From Paraspadella gotoi (taxonomy: Eukaryota; Animalia; Chaetognatha): DNA of 64,000 nt. The stretch is taken from NCBI GenBank assembly GCA_051294375.1, contig CM119266.1, positions 25,379,731 to 25,443,730 on the forward strand. Reading direction: 5' to 3'. The notes beneath the pieces were generated by a model. The model ran no database searches. It was not told the DNA's origin and was given only the letters and a program-made list of their open reading frames with translations. Each line of letters begins with the position of its first letter. Positions within the stretch are counted from its first letter, which is position 1. A program made the position numbers and the translations under genes. This document shows positions 12,601 through 25,083 of the stretch, piece after piece.

Positions 12601-13784
12601 TCTCGGGCAGGAGTGCCCATGAGGTTGATATTCTCGCCTCCTCCTGCCTGCTCCATCCTATATTTCCTACGGATCCCAATGTTAGTTCAACAACTCTGCT
12701 CCATCTCCGTTCTGTCTCGAGGTTTTCCCATGACTTTCTATCTAACTTTTCCTCGAACTCCTTCTTTTCCTTTTCTTTGGCACTTTCTAACAGCTGTATT
12801 CGGCTTTTTAACCACTTATTTTCGTGGTAGAGTTGAGCTCTCTCATTTTTCAGTTTATCTCTCTTTGGGCTCTCGTTTCGAACTCTGGTTCGCTCTTTCT
12901 CTTTCTCCTTTTCCTTTTTGATTCTCTCACTTTTTTCTTTGTCACCTCGTAGTTTCTTTTAATGTACAGGTTGAATTTCGACTTCGGCCATCCACGCGAC
13001 GCTGCTGCTTGTCTTCATTCCTCGCGGATGTCCAGCACGAGTTGAGGAATTGCTGTTATTTTGGCCCAACGGTGGTCAAAAACCCATTCGTCTTCGGTCC
13101 CCAGCGTTTTATCTATGATCGTCCTCTTTGCTGATGTGAGACTTCTCCGCTTTTCATCCGATCCTAGTAAAGTGCCTTGAATTCCTGGGTTAATTAAGAG
13201 TTTGTTAGTTATTTGGCAATAGTTTTTTTCATTTTTTCCTTTTATTTAATTTCTTACCTCTGGCCAATTTTCTGGTGGCTGGAACTCAAGGTCGACGATC
13301 TCTTCCTGTTTCACCCTAAGGTCAATTGTCTTCGTATTGCATTTTTAACGATTCTTTTACGATTTTAAATAAAGAAGGAAAGAAAATGTTTCCCGTCGAT
13401 TTAAATATTCGAAAAAAACGGATGACGATATTCATCCAGAGTTCGGTTTGTCGTCGTTTGTTGATCTGTCTCTAGGCAGCGTGCTTTGCAAACGAGGTTT
13501 TCTTCTTCTTACGTTTAGTTTGGTTTACTTTGGTCCTGGGCGATCCCTAACGATTAATACACCGATGTAACCAAACAAACCATTTATTGAGGAACCATGT
13601 GTCGTAACAAAGTTAGAAACCTATAATAAATCGAATATATCAACGTATTTTCCTATTGTTATACTACATTTTTACTGTAACCGTACATCTTTCAGTTCCC
13701 GGCTTTGACCAAGTATCGATCTCGAAAAATACTATTACTGAAAGTTAAAGAAAATCAAAAAATCATTTCTCTCAGCAAATTTTC
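9630..13784. repeat. Cluster of ~2-kb-period direct repeats (mosaic repeat or degenerate mobile-element family)
   Basis: A ~250-bp block (ctaacgattaatacaccgacgtaaccaaacaaaccatttattgaggaacc...aaaatcaaaaaatcatt) recurs at ~9650, ~11690 and ~13545; 10861-11560 is repeated at ~12240-13000; 9920-10200 is repeated at 11950-12225. Confidence 0.85.
10519..10598. repeat. 32-bp tandem repeat, about 2.5 copies
   Basis: ttacatagtataacgattcatattcaatgtga repeated. Confidence 0.85.
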
Positions 13785-13839
13785 NNNNNNNNNNNNNNNN
13801 NNNNNNNNNCAAAGATGATGAGGCGATGTTTTACTAATT

Positions 13840-13913
<74 letters not shown>

Positions 13914-14008
13914 CGTGGGTGTGACATTTTGGTTTTTCCCCGTCGCGATATCTCTCTTCCAATCTTTTCCTTCGTTGTCTCTTCCTCCTGTTTTTTATTT
14001 GTTCCATC

Positions 14009-14069
<61 letters not shown>

Positions 14070-14082
<13 letters not shown>

Positions 14083-14610
14083 TTTCGGTGCCCACGGAGG
14101 GCGAAGAGCGCCGGCCTTTGAAACTTGCCGGCGCCAGAAACGAGAAGCCGGTTTAGCCGATGGCGGCGAAAGACGTAACACAGTAACTATGCCTTTGAAG
14201 ATACTGGCTTCTTTAAAAATGCGGCGCCGACGAATGAAGATTTTTGAAAGAGAAACCAGAAGGAGAGAAAAATGTTTTTTATCTTATTTTTTATTATTTC
14301 TTTTTTTCTTTTTTTCGGGAGGAAATCAAGAAGTGGCGGTGGCGCCCTTTGAAGAGAGACATTGGTCGCCTGGGAAAGATAACACACGTCTCTCTCTCTC
14401 TCTCTCTCTCATTCTTTACCCCCTCCTCATTTAAGATACTTGCCCTGACTGCAAACTTTTTTCTCTTCATAGTTTTCATCTCTTTTTTCTTTATCTGGGT
14501 CCGTTGACATCATTAGCAGTCGTCATCGTCGTCGCTCATCATCACGTTCTTCAATCGTCGTCTTCGTCACGTTCGTACTATTCGTCTGTCGTCGTCATAA
14601 CGTCGCTCGT

Positions 14611-14693
<83 letters not shown>

Positions 14694-17028
14694 TTGAAGA
14701 CAAAATAATAATCATTCACATTAGGGCAAATCAACGAGACATGAATGATTTACACTTTATTTATAATGTATTAAAACATGATTATTATACTAAATTTATT
14801 TTGTTCATTTATTACACAAGTAAAATTTGGTTCAAACTAACAAGGCTTCCCAAACCAGATTCAGAAAATTATCCCTTATTTGACGTACATTTAAACAGTT
14901 AAAAAAATCGTTTAGTGAGGATAAAAAATTGAAATTAAAAACAGGAGGTAAAAACATAACTTATTACTCACGAGCTGTAAAAACCCTCAAATTATCTTAG
15001 TTAAAACTTAAATGTTACTATGTTTATTCCTCGAAAACGATACTCAAATTACATCCGAGTTATCTTCTTAGACGACGCAAGTCGACATCCGGGTTTTCAT
15101 TTCTATTCTTTGGAGTCAACGAAGACATTTTATCGTCGCTGTTAACCTCATCTCACCATCGAATCATCTTATAGTCAGTAGTCACCCACCCGAACCATTC
15201 TCATCCTCCTTTTCTTACTCATCCTCTTCCTATTCCTCCCCTTCCTCTTCTTCTTCTCCCTCCCCTCCTCTTCTCCTCATCTTCCTCACCTTCTTTTTCT
15301 TCCTCCTCCTCCTCTTCTTCCTCCCCTCGTCTTCTTCCTCATCTTCCTCTTCTTCCTCATTCTCTTCTTCCTTCACCTCCTCTTCTTCCTCATCCTCTTC
15401 TCCCTCCCATTCATTTTCTTCCTCATCCTCCTCTTCTTCCTCCCCCTCATCTTCCTCTTCTCAACCCCCTTCTCTTTTTCCTCATCTTCCTCTTCTCCCT
15501 CCCCTTCATTTTCTTTCTCCACCTCCTCTTCTCCCGCCCCCTCCTCTTCTTCCTCCTCCTCCAATTCTCCCTCCCCTCCTCTTCTTCCTCTTCCCATCTC
15601 TTCTTCCACTCATCTCCTCTTTTCCTCTTCTTTTTTCTTCTTCCTTCTTCTTAATCTTCCTCACCCTTCCCACCTCTTTCTCCACCCACGTCGTCTCCGC
15701 ATTGAATCGATATATGAAAACGACGATGAAGACGACGACGAAAATGATGATCATGATATAAACGAGCCAGTCCAAATGTAAAGACAGGCGAGCCAACGCG
15801 GCGGCGCGGACGCGGCGCCGGGCATGAAAAATTCGTTATGTTGCGACGCCAAATCAGCGCCGCGGGGAGAAGAATACCGAATTTGGGAGACGAAGGAGCG
15901 GCATCGCCGCGTCCGCGCCGCCGCGTTGGCTCGCCTGTCTTTACATTTGGACTGGCTCGTTTATATCATGATCATCATTTTCGTCGTCGTCTTCATCGTC
16001 GTTTTCATATATCGATTCAATGCGGAGACGACGTGGGTGGAGAAAGAGGTGGGAAGGGTGAGGAAGATTAAGAAGAAGGAAGAAGAAAAAAGAAGAGGAA
16101 AAGAGGAGATGAGTGGAAGAAGAGATGGGAAGAGGAAGAAGAGGAGGGGAGGGAGAATTGGAGGAGGAGGAAGAAGAGGAGGGGGCGGGAGAAGAGGAGG
16201 TGGAGAAAGAAAATGAAGGGGAGGGAGAAGAGGAAGATGAGGAAAAAGAGAAGGGGGTTGAGAAGAGGAAGATGAGGGGGAGGAAGAAGAGGAGGATGAG
16301 GAAGAAAATGAATGGGAGGGAGAAGAGGATGAGGAAGAAGAGGAGGTGAAGGAAGAAGAGAATGAGGAAGAAGAGGAAGATGAGAAGAAGACGAGGGGAG
16401 GAAGAAGAGGAGGAGGAGGAAGAAAAAGAAGGTGAGGAAGATGAGGAGAAGAGGAGGGGAGGGAGAAGAAGAAGAGGAAGGGGAGGAATAGGAAGAGGAT
16501 GAGTAAGAAAAGGAGGATGAGAATGGTTCGGGTGGGTGACTACTGACTATAAGATGATTCGATGGTGAGATGAGGTTAACAGCGACGATAAAATGTCTTC
16601 GTTGACTCCAAAGAATAGAAATGAAAACCCGGATGTCGACTTGCGTCGTCTTAAGAAGATAACTCGGATGTAATTTGAGTATCGTTTTCGAGGAATAAAC
16701 ATAGTAACATTTAAGTTTTAACTAAGATAATTTGAGGGTTTTTACAGCTCGTGAGTAATAAGTTATGTTTTTACCTCCTGTTTTTAATTTCAATTTTTTA
16801 TCCTCACTAAACGATTTTTTTAACTGTTTAAATGTACGTCAAATAAGGGATAATTTTCTGAATCTGGTTTGGGAAGCCTTGTTAGTTTGAACCAAATTTT
16901 ACTTGTGTAATAAATGAACAAAATAAATTTAGTATAATAATCATGTTTTAATACATTATAAATAAAGTGTAAATCATTCATGTCTCGTTGATTTGCCCTA
17001 ATGTGAATGATTATTATTTTGTCTTCAA

Positions 17029-17079
<51 letters not shown>

Positions 17080-17643
17080 AGACGACGACGACGCACGACG
17101 ACGACGACGACGACGGACGACGGACGACGACGCGATGCACGAGCGATTAATACGAAGACGACGTTGATGATGATGACGACGACGATGACGACTGCTAATG
17201 ATGTCAACGGACCCCAGATAAAGAAAAAAGGAGAAAACTATGAAGAGAAAAAAAGTTTGCAGTCAGGGCAAGTATCTTAAATGAGGAGGGGGTAAAGAAT
17301 GAGAGAGAGAGAGAGAGAGACGTGTGTTATCTTTCCCAGGCGACCAATGTCTCTCTTCAAAGGGCGCCACCGCCACTTCTTGATTTCCTCCCGAAAAAAA
17401 AGAAAAAAAGAAAATAATAAAAAATAAGATAAAAAACATTTTTCTCTCCTTCTGGTTTCTCTTTCAAAAATCTTCATTCGTCGGCGCCGCATTTTTAAAG
17501 AAGCCAGTATCTTCAAAGGCATAGTTACTGTGTTACGTCTTTCGCCGCCATCGGCTAAACCGGCTTCTCGTTTCTGGCGCCGGCGTTTCAAAGGCCCGGC
17601 GCTCTTCGCCCTCCGTGGCACCGAAAGAATTGAGAGAGAGAGA
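14070..17643. repeat. Large fold-back palindrome: arms ~14070-15817 and 15905-17643, spacer ~87 bp
   Basis: Near-perfect reverse complement arms; identical ORFs are called on both strands (15373..15609- and 16113..16349+). Confidence 0.95.
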
Positions 17644-18451
17644 NNNNNNNNNNNNNNNNNNNNNNNNNNNNNNNNNNNNNNNNNNNNNNNNNNNNNNNNN
17701 NNNNNNNNNNNNNNNNNNNNNNNNNNNNNNNNNNNNNNNNNNNNNNNNNNNNNNNNNNNNNNNNNNNNNNNNNNNNNNNNNNNNNNNNNNNNNNNNNNNN
17801 NNNNNNNNNNNNNNNNNNNNNNNNNNNNNNNNNNNNNNNNNNNNNNNNNNNNNNNNNNNNNNNNNNNNNNNNNNNNNNNNNNNNNNNNNNNNNNNNNNNN
17901 NNNNNNNNNNNNNNNNNNNNNNNNNNNNNNNNNNNNNNNNNNNNNNNNNNNNNNNNNNNNNNNNNNNNNNNNNNNNNNNNNNNNNNNNNNNNNNNNNNNN
18001 NNNNNNNNNNNNNNNNNNNNNNNNNNNNNNNNNNNNNNNNNNNNNNNNNNNNNNNNNNNNNNNNNNNNNNNNNNNNNNNNNNNNNNNNNNNNNNNNNNNN
18101 NNNNNNNNNNNNNNNNNNNNNNNNNNNNNNNNNNNNNNNNNNNNNNNNNNNNNNNNNNNNNNNNNNNNNNNNNNNNNNNNNNNNNNNNNNTCATCGCCTT
18201 GTTTCCCCATCTTGTTTGTTTCAATCTGTAATTTAAACAGATTCGTTTGTTTTGTTTTCGTTTTATTCGTTTCATCTTACAATTCGTCGTCGTCATCGTC
18301 GTCGTCGTCGTCGCTGGCCCACCCGGGCTTCAATTTAACCCACAGAAGTAAAAAAGTTTTGGTGACACCATCGTTGTCTTCATCTTCTCCGTCGCCGCCA
18401 TTTTTCTCGTTCAACCCCAAAAATAGCAGTAATTTGGACTCTCCTTTCTCT

Positions 18452-18531
<80 letters not shown>

Positions 18532-18811
18532 TCTCGATGTCGAGTCGTAAAAATAGTTGATAATTTTTTAGCTCCTTTTTTTCCCCGATTCACATTAAAA
18601 TTGATAAACCGGAGGAGGGAAAAGACATTTTTCTTCCTTTTAATATCTTTTTTAATACCTTTTTTAAAATATCTTCCTTAATATCTTCTTCTGGGCAGCG
18701 AGAATCGAGTTACGAGAGGAATAAACTATAAGGGAGACGATGTGTAGAAGAAGTTGAGGTTTTACGTCGTCGGATTCATCACTTAATTAAAATTTCTCAT
18801 CGTCATCAATG

Positions 18812-19075
18812 TTATGAAATTGGTACAACCAATATAGAATTATCCATTCATTTACTAAATAAGCTACATATCTTGCCCTTGACTTTGGACAGGCTTTGAT
18901 AGTTTAAGGCCTCCATCACTCTCACAAGATAATGACATGGCAGGTCCCTGCAAGCTTTCAATCAAGACTCTCTCAGTCTCGTTTATTCACCCCCAGAGTA
19001 CTTGGCTTCTCTATCAATGAAGTGGTATAATATTCAATTGTATGGAAAGACCACTCCATTAAGTATTTGATCGGG
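18812..19075 (+). repeat. Dispersed ~270-bp repeat; other copies at ~38170-38425 and in its duplicates at ~45165 and ~63597
   Basis: atgaaattggtacaacca.tatagaattatccattcat...gactttggacaggct...caatcaagactctc...atcaatgaagtggtata is shared, with substitutions rather than only indels. Confidence 0.8.
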
Positions 19076-20183
19076 GAATACTGTCTACTGTCTAGTGCCT
19101 AGTACTCCGCCCTTGCATTAAAATACAAGGAAATACAAAGAGCTAAATTATAATTTATATTATTCGTCGTCGTTCTCTTCTCTTCGAAATTGTCCTGGTT
19201 GTCGTCTTGTTAATTTCGTCATTGTCCTTTTGTCTTTTTCATCTTCCTTTTCGTCCCCTTTGTCAGCCTTTGTCGTCGTCGTTGTTCTCGACCCTCGTTT
19301 TAATTATCTTTCATCATCTTTGTCTTTGTCATCTTCGTTCCCTTTTGTCATCCCGAAGCCGCCCATTAATGCTGCGCCATTTGTTAGAGATTCTTTTTTT
19401 TTTATCTTCTGATAGATGGAAGCACCAGTTGGAATTTTGCCCGAAAACAAAAGTTTTTTTTTCCGAGGGAAAACCTGGATTCTTTCCATATATCGTGTTT
19501 GTTTGTTTATTTTTGTATTTCAACGTTTCTTAATTTAATCTCATCCATTCGCAAAATGTAAAGACTGAATAGTGTAAATTTCCTTTACTACCGGTTGAGT
19601 CGGATCACCATGTAGTAAATGCATTAAACTTGAGGTCGTCGACATTCAGTTTAATCGTCTCTCTTTACCAGTTCCACTTCCACTTCCATTGGGTTTTTTT
19701 TTTTCTCGCTTCATTTTCTCTCCGTTTGTCTTTTTTCTCCCCACCGCCCCCCCAGCCCATAGTTATCTCCCTCCCTCTTACTCAACCGCTCCCTCTCTCT
19801 CTCTCTTTTCACGTAATTATAACAAGACTTGAATTTCCTCACTTAACAATACATGAGCCCTGTATTAGCGCATTGGACTAACGCTTCATCTATATACCCA
19901 ATGGAGCCGGGTCCTAGCCCTGGTCGCAACGGTCCTTGCAGAAGGAGAGAGTGGCCGGTTAAATCACTGGTAGCAAACTGCAACTGACGGAAAATCTTTC
20001 ACATTATCTGGACACACTAAGTGTCGATGGAGGCTTTCCACATTGTCAGAGGGGCCTTGGCGACCCCCTCTCCTCTCGGACACTTCAACTCCCCTTTTTC
20101 CTTTCTTACTAAATCACCTTCTTTCAATTAATCTCACTCCCCACTCCCCACTGCCCTTCACTGCCCCCTCCCCTCACCCGCAG

Positions 20184-20267
20184 GTCCGTCCGGCCCGGTC
20201 TCCGACCCGATCTACTTTCAAACCACCAACGCCCCCACCGCAGGCGACGTTTACAACTTTACGCCAG
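20184..20267 (+). CDS. mAChR-B: Receptor N-terminal exon (GPSGPVSDPIYFQTTNAPTAGDVYNFTP)
   Basis: Pyrimidine tract and CAG| acceptor, 84-nt open phase 1-1 exon, CAG|GTGAAA donor, NFT sequon. Confidence 0.7.
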
Positions 20268-20877
20268 GTGAAAACGCGGGCTTGGCGACGGTTATCGATT
20301 ATTGCGTCGGAGTGAGAAGTGTGACGCTTCTCTGTCTGTCGGTCTGTAAATATATAACGTTAAAAAAGTAAGCTTAAAAAGGCAAAAAAATGTTACGGAA
20401 AAAGGTTTTGTGGTTTAAATCACAGCTTGAATTAGGATCGAGCCAAAGAGGAGGAAAAGAAGGAAGAGGAGAAGCAGCATCAAGAGCAACGGGAGGAAAA
20501 AGAAGAGGAGAGAAAAAAGAATGAGAGAACTAGGCGACTATTATTGATTATTATTGACTATAATTCACTACATTTGAATAAAATGGTTTTTTTTAACTAG
20601 AAACCAGCCCACAACACGGCGTTACTGTTACCTCCACTACTCCCTTCTAAAAGTTCGCACAAAAGACCGCTTTATTTGTAATCTATGTTCTATGGAAGAA
20701 ATCATTAAATTATAATCACGATATTTTTTTTTTAATCTCATCTCTTCCAGCTTCTTTCACCTTAGTCTTACCTGTCACAATCACTGACTTTTCCCCCCTT
20801 CCTCCCTCACCCACTCTCCCTCCCTCCCTACCTCCCCCTCCACCCCTTTTCCTCCCTCTTTGACTCGATCGTCTCAG

Positions 20878-21024
20878 GTCGACCTGACGAGTTGTCGATC
20901 GACCCGACCCACGACGGCGTCTCGACCCTGAAGGCACGAACCTTTCCGAGTCTGGAGCCGGAGGCCGACTCCATCGATCCCATCTCGGTGTGGACGTCGA
21001 CGCCGTGGACGCCGGACGCTGGAG
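20878..21024 (+). CDS. mAChR-B: Receptor N-terminal exon (GRPDELSIDPTHDGVSTLKARTFPSLEPEADSIDPISVWTSTPWTPDAG)
   Basis: Long pyrimidine tract and CAG|, 147-nt open phase 1-1 exon, GC-rich codon usage, donor GAG|GTTGAT, in frame with the next exon. Confidence 0.7.
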
Positions 21025-21298
21025 GTTGATGGATGAAGGGAGCAATCAAATCGATCAATCCATCAATCAATAAAGTCCAATCATTCAAATCAATTAATCA
21101 ATCAGTTAACCGAATTTGTTAATCGCTAAAAATAAATCCAAAACTTAATTATTAAATTCGTAAAAACCAAAATAAAATTATCCATTCATATGCTATATTG
21201 TCCCCGACTTAAATAATAAATTAATCAATTCAATCATGTCGATCAAAAAACCAATTTGCACAAACAATCGATCAATCAAACTTTCCCTCTCGTCCAAG

Positions 21299-21457
21299 AC
21301 CCCGATTGGTACTACAACTACTCCATGGGCGACAACTTCACCTTCGTGGAGACCAACCTCTCCAACGGTTCGTCGACGGGATTCCAGCCAAAGTACGACA
21401 CCTGGCAGATCGTCGTCATCTCCGTCATCGTTTCCGTCTTGAGCCTCATCACCATCG
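21299..21457 (+). CDS. mAChR-B: B-type muscarinic acetylcholine receptor exon: N-terminus plus most of TM1 (DPDWYYNYSMGDNFTFVETNLSNGSSTGFQPKYDTWQIVVISVIVSVLSLITIG)
   Basis: Four N-glycosylation sequons then hydrophobic TM1; donor G|GTGAG joins in phase to the GGNLIV exon, restoring the TM1 GN motif. Confidence 0.88.
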
Positions 21458-21763
21458 GTGAGATGCGATTCTCCATTTTCAATTCAAATGTGATGCGAAG
21501 AATAAAGATTGGATGAGACGTCGTCGGTTAAAATTAAAAAGTAAATAAAAAACAACGGAGAGATAGAAAACAAAACATTGAACTTCGTCTCTGATCGCAT
21601 TTCTCGCTCGAGAATCTTCAGATGCGATCAGAGAAAATCGTCTCGAGTCGCATTCCTTCTCTCCTCCTCTTATTTCTAATCCCGCGGGTCTTAATTTCAA
21701 ATCCGACGCTGATCTCTTTTTTCCTCTATTCCATTACCCTCTCTCTCTCTCTCTCTCCTCTCT

Positions 21764-21837
<74 letters not shown>

Positions 21838-23004
21838 TCTCTCTCATTTGTTCTTCTTTATAATGAGGCGGAGTTTCATTTATTCTTCATAAGTTCTCTT
21901 TAGATTTTTTTTTCTTCGTATTTCTGCTCGATTAGCGTCGTTTTAGTTTAGTTAAATTAGCCAAGTTTAATTTAGTTTTATGTATGTTTTGCTATTTTAG
22001 GTTAGGTTATTTTCTGTACTTTCGTCGCTTACTCTCTCTCTCTCTTTCTCTTCTCTCTTTCTCTCTTCTCTCTCTCTCTCCACGTATTTTCCTCGTCTCT
22101 CATCCTCTGCCTTGGTCGACGTCGTCTTCGCTCTCAATCTTCACTTTTTCCGTTTAAAGTCGAAACGTTTCTCTGCGTACTCTCATTGTCATATATTCTT
22201 GCCTCGTCGCTCTTTCTCTTTCTATACAACGAGTTTTAAATGATTATCTCCGAGGATATCAGTCGCAGGCGCTTCTTAGAGCAGGAGAGAGAGAGGAGAC
22301 GGAAGAGAGAAGGTAGGGAGAGAGATGGAGACGAGAGGAGAGAGGAGAGAGGAGGGAGAGAGAGAGAGAGAGACAGAGAGATTTTTTGGATTGCCTCTCG
22401 TTTATTCCATTCACAATTTTCAAGAATGGCAAAAAATCAGCGCGAAAGTGAAGGCATCGTTGACAGTATTTAGGCACCTTTAAGTCGAAGGTCGAAAATA
22501 GATTCGGTATAAAAAGATAAAAAAAATTGCATATAAAAACAATTTAAAAAAACTAACAACAACGACAATAACGACAGATGGCGGCACTAATAAACTGGAG
22601 AAGCGAGAGGTGCGAAAAAAAAGGCCCAACGAGTGAAACAAAAGCGCAAAGCGTGAAGTGGCGCCGCGTTTCATGTCAAGAGGCGCGGAACGCCGGACTT
22701 GACGTCGTCGTTGTCGGCATTGTCGTCGTCGTCATTCTCTTCGCCAGTGGCGGCGTTCTAGATGTCGACTTCGTCGCTTTGGTTGTCAACATCGTCCTCA
22801 GATCGTCGTTGTTGTCGTCTTTGTTTTTCTTATTTTCTCGCAACCAATCGACTCATTTTTCATTATTCCATCACGGTCGATGTCTGTGCTATTATTTTGT
22901 CTCATTTTGTTGTACTAAAATGTATTTTTAGTAAAGTAGTTGTTGACGCTAGTCGTCCAATTAGTAACTTTGTCGTCGCTGCGTTTACCTCAAAGCCTAC
23001 GTCT

Positions 23005-23037
<33 letters not shown>

Positions 23038-24350
23038 TCGTCGCCGTCATCGTCGTCTCCACCAAAGGCGGTCCCTTTTATTAAGTCGCAAAAAGAAACA
23101 AAACGATTTTTTTTCCCGACTGGCGTCTCTAGTCTATTTTCCTTTTTTTTTCTCCCTTTTCTTTCCTCCCTTTCACTTTCCTCAACTTTCCCCTTCCTCT
23201 TCTTTACTCAATCTATCATTTTCCCCACTATTTAGTTTTTTTCCTCTCACTTTACTTCGCCCATTTTTTTATCTTTTTTCTTTCTTTTTTATTTTTTCTT
23301 TTCTAGTCGACTCCGTTTTTCTTTTCTCCCTCAACGTTTTTCTCTTCAATTCTTTCCGTCGACGCGCGGTCACTACGACTCCTCTTTAAATTTAGTTCAT
23401 TCTTTTCTCTCTTTTCTTTTTTNNNNNNNNNNNNNNNNNNNNNNNNNNNNNNNNNNNNNNNNNNNNNNNNNNNNNNNNNNNNNNNNNNNNNNNNNNNNNN
23501 NNNNNNNNNNNNNNNNNNNNNNNNNNNNNNNNNNNNNNNNNNNNNNNNNNNNNNNNNNNNNNNNNNNNNNNNNNNNNNNNNNNNNNNNNNNNNNNNNNNN
23601 NNNNNNNNNNNNNNNNNNNNNNNNNNNNNNNNNNNNNNNNNNNNNNNNNNNNNNNNNNNNNNNNNNNNNNNNNNNNNNNNNNNNNNNNNNNNNNNNNNNN
23701 NNNNNNNNNNNNNNNNNNNNNNNNNNNNNNNNNNNNNNNNNNNNNNNNNNNNNNNNNNNNNNNNNNNNNNNNNNNNNNNNNNNNNNNNNNNNNNNNNNNN
23801 NNNNNNNNNNNNNNNNNNNNNNNNNNNNNNNNNNNNNNNNNNNNNNNNNNNNNNNNNNNNNNNNNNNNNNNNNNNNNNNNNNNNNNNNNNNNNNNNNNNN
23901 NNNNNNNNNNNNNNNNNNNNNNNNNNNNNNNNNNNNNNNNNNNNNNNNNNNNNNNNNNNNNNNNNNNNNNNNNNNNNNNNNNNNNNNNNNNNNNNNNNNN
24001 NNNNNNNNNNNNNNNNNNNNNNNNNNNNNNNNNNNNNNNNNNNNNNNNNNNNNNNNNNNNNNNNNNNNNNNNNNNNNNNNNNNNNNNNNNNNNNNNNNNN
24101 NNNNNNNNNNNNNNNNNNNNNNNNNNNNNNNNNNNNNNNNNNNNNNNNNNNNNNNNNNNNNNNNNNNNNNNNNNNNNNNNNNNNNNNNNNNNNNNNNNNN
24201 NNNNNNNNNNNNNNNNNNNNNNNNNNNNNNNNNNNNNNNNNNNNNNNNNNNNNNNNNNNNNNNNNNNNNNNNTTCTCTCCTACTATTTACTTCCCCCTTC
24301 GTTCTTCCTTCCCTCCTTTCTCTCCATCCATCCACTTCCTCCTTCTTCGC

Positions 24351-24659
24351 TCACAAACTCCTCTCCTCTTCCTCCCTCTCTCCCTCTCCCCTTCCTCCTT
24401 TATTCTTCTTCCTCCTCCATCTCCCCGGGCCAATCTCCCCCAAATCTTCCAGCCTCAGAGTCAACGGTTGATCTTTTGTTTCCGGCAGCATCCAAACCAT
24501 CCCCGCGACGGTAGCGCCGGCGACGCCGATTATCGTCTCCACCGCCAAAGGCGCTCTTCGCTGAAAGTAGGAAACGTAGGTGGCGCCGATGGCGGTGAGG
24601 CGGCCGCCGAAGACCGCCACTAGATACGCCCGAGCTCGGAGAGATGTGGGGAGATTTTC
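24351..24659 (-). CDS. SLC22-family transporter, last coding exon (ENLPTSLRARAYLVAVFGGRLTAIGATYV...LPETKDQPL...stop)
   Basis: CAG| phase-0 acceptor; ELxPTxxR-like and LPETK motifs typical of the SLC22 C-terminus; TGA at 24351-24353. Confidence 0.9.
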   Translation of the reverse strand, partial: ENLPTSLRARAYLVAVFGGRLTAIGATYVSYFQRRAPLAVETIIGVAGATVAGMVWMLPETKDQPLTLRLEDLGEIGPGRWRRKKNKGGRGEGEREEEERSL

Positions 24660-25083
24660 CTGCGGGGTGGAAAGGTCAAGAAAGGGAAAAAAATGGGGGA
24701 AAAAAGAAAATAAAATTTTACGTAGTATGAAATCTTAAACTTTCTAAATTGTAACCTGAGATTACTGAATCAACATCGTTTGGCCTTTCCCCCCTTTTTT
24801 TATGAAAATGTTATTTTAGACTCTATCATTGTTCATTTTTTCGCGTGAATACAAAATAGCTTTTTTGCGACAAAAAATATTTTGTTGATAAAAAATTTTA
24901 AAAAATGTTTTTTCAAAAAATTGAAACTTGTAGAGAAAACACGAAATGTGATATACGTATAATACAATATCAAACCTCAACGTGAAATTAACACCATTAC
25001 TATCATGAAAAACCGTCAAACAAACGCCCAACGACGAGTCAATTTTAGAATTAAAACAACAATAACAACAACAAACAACCAAC

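Noticed and set aside
17277-24335. Long ORFs of 225-339 aa
   Set aside because: They consist mostly of N-gap (X) residues
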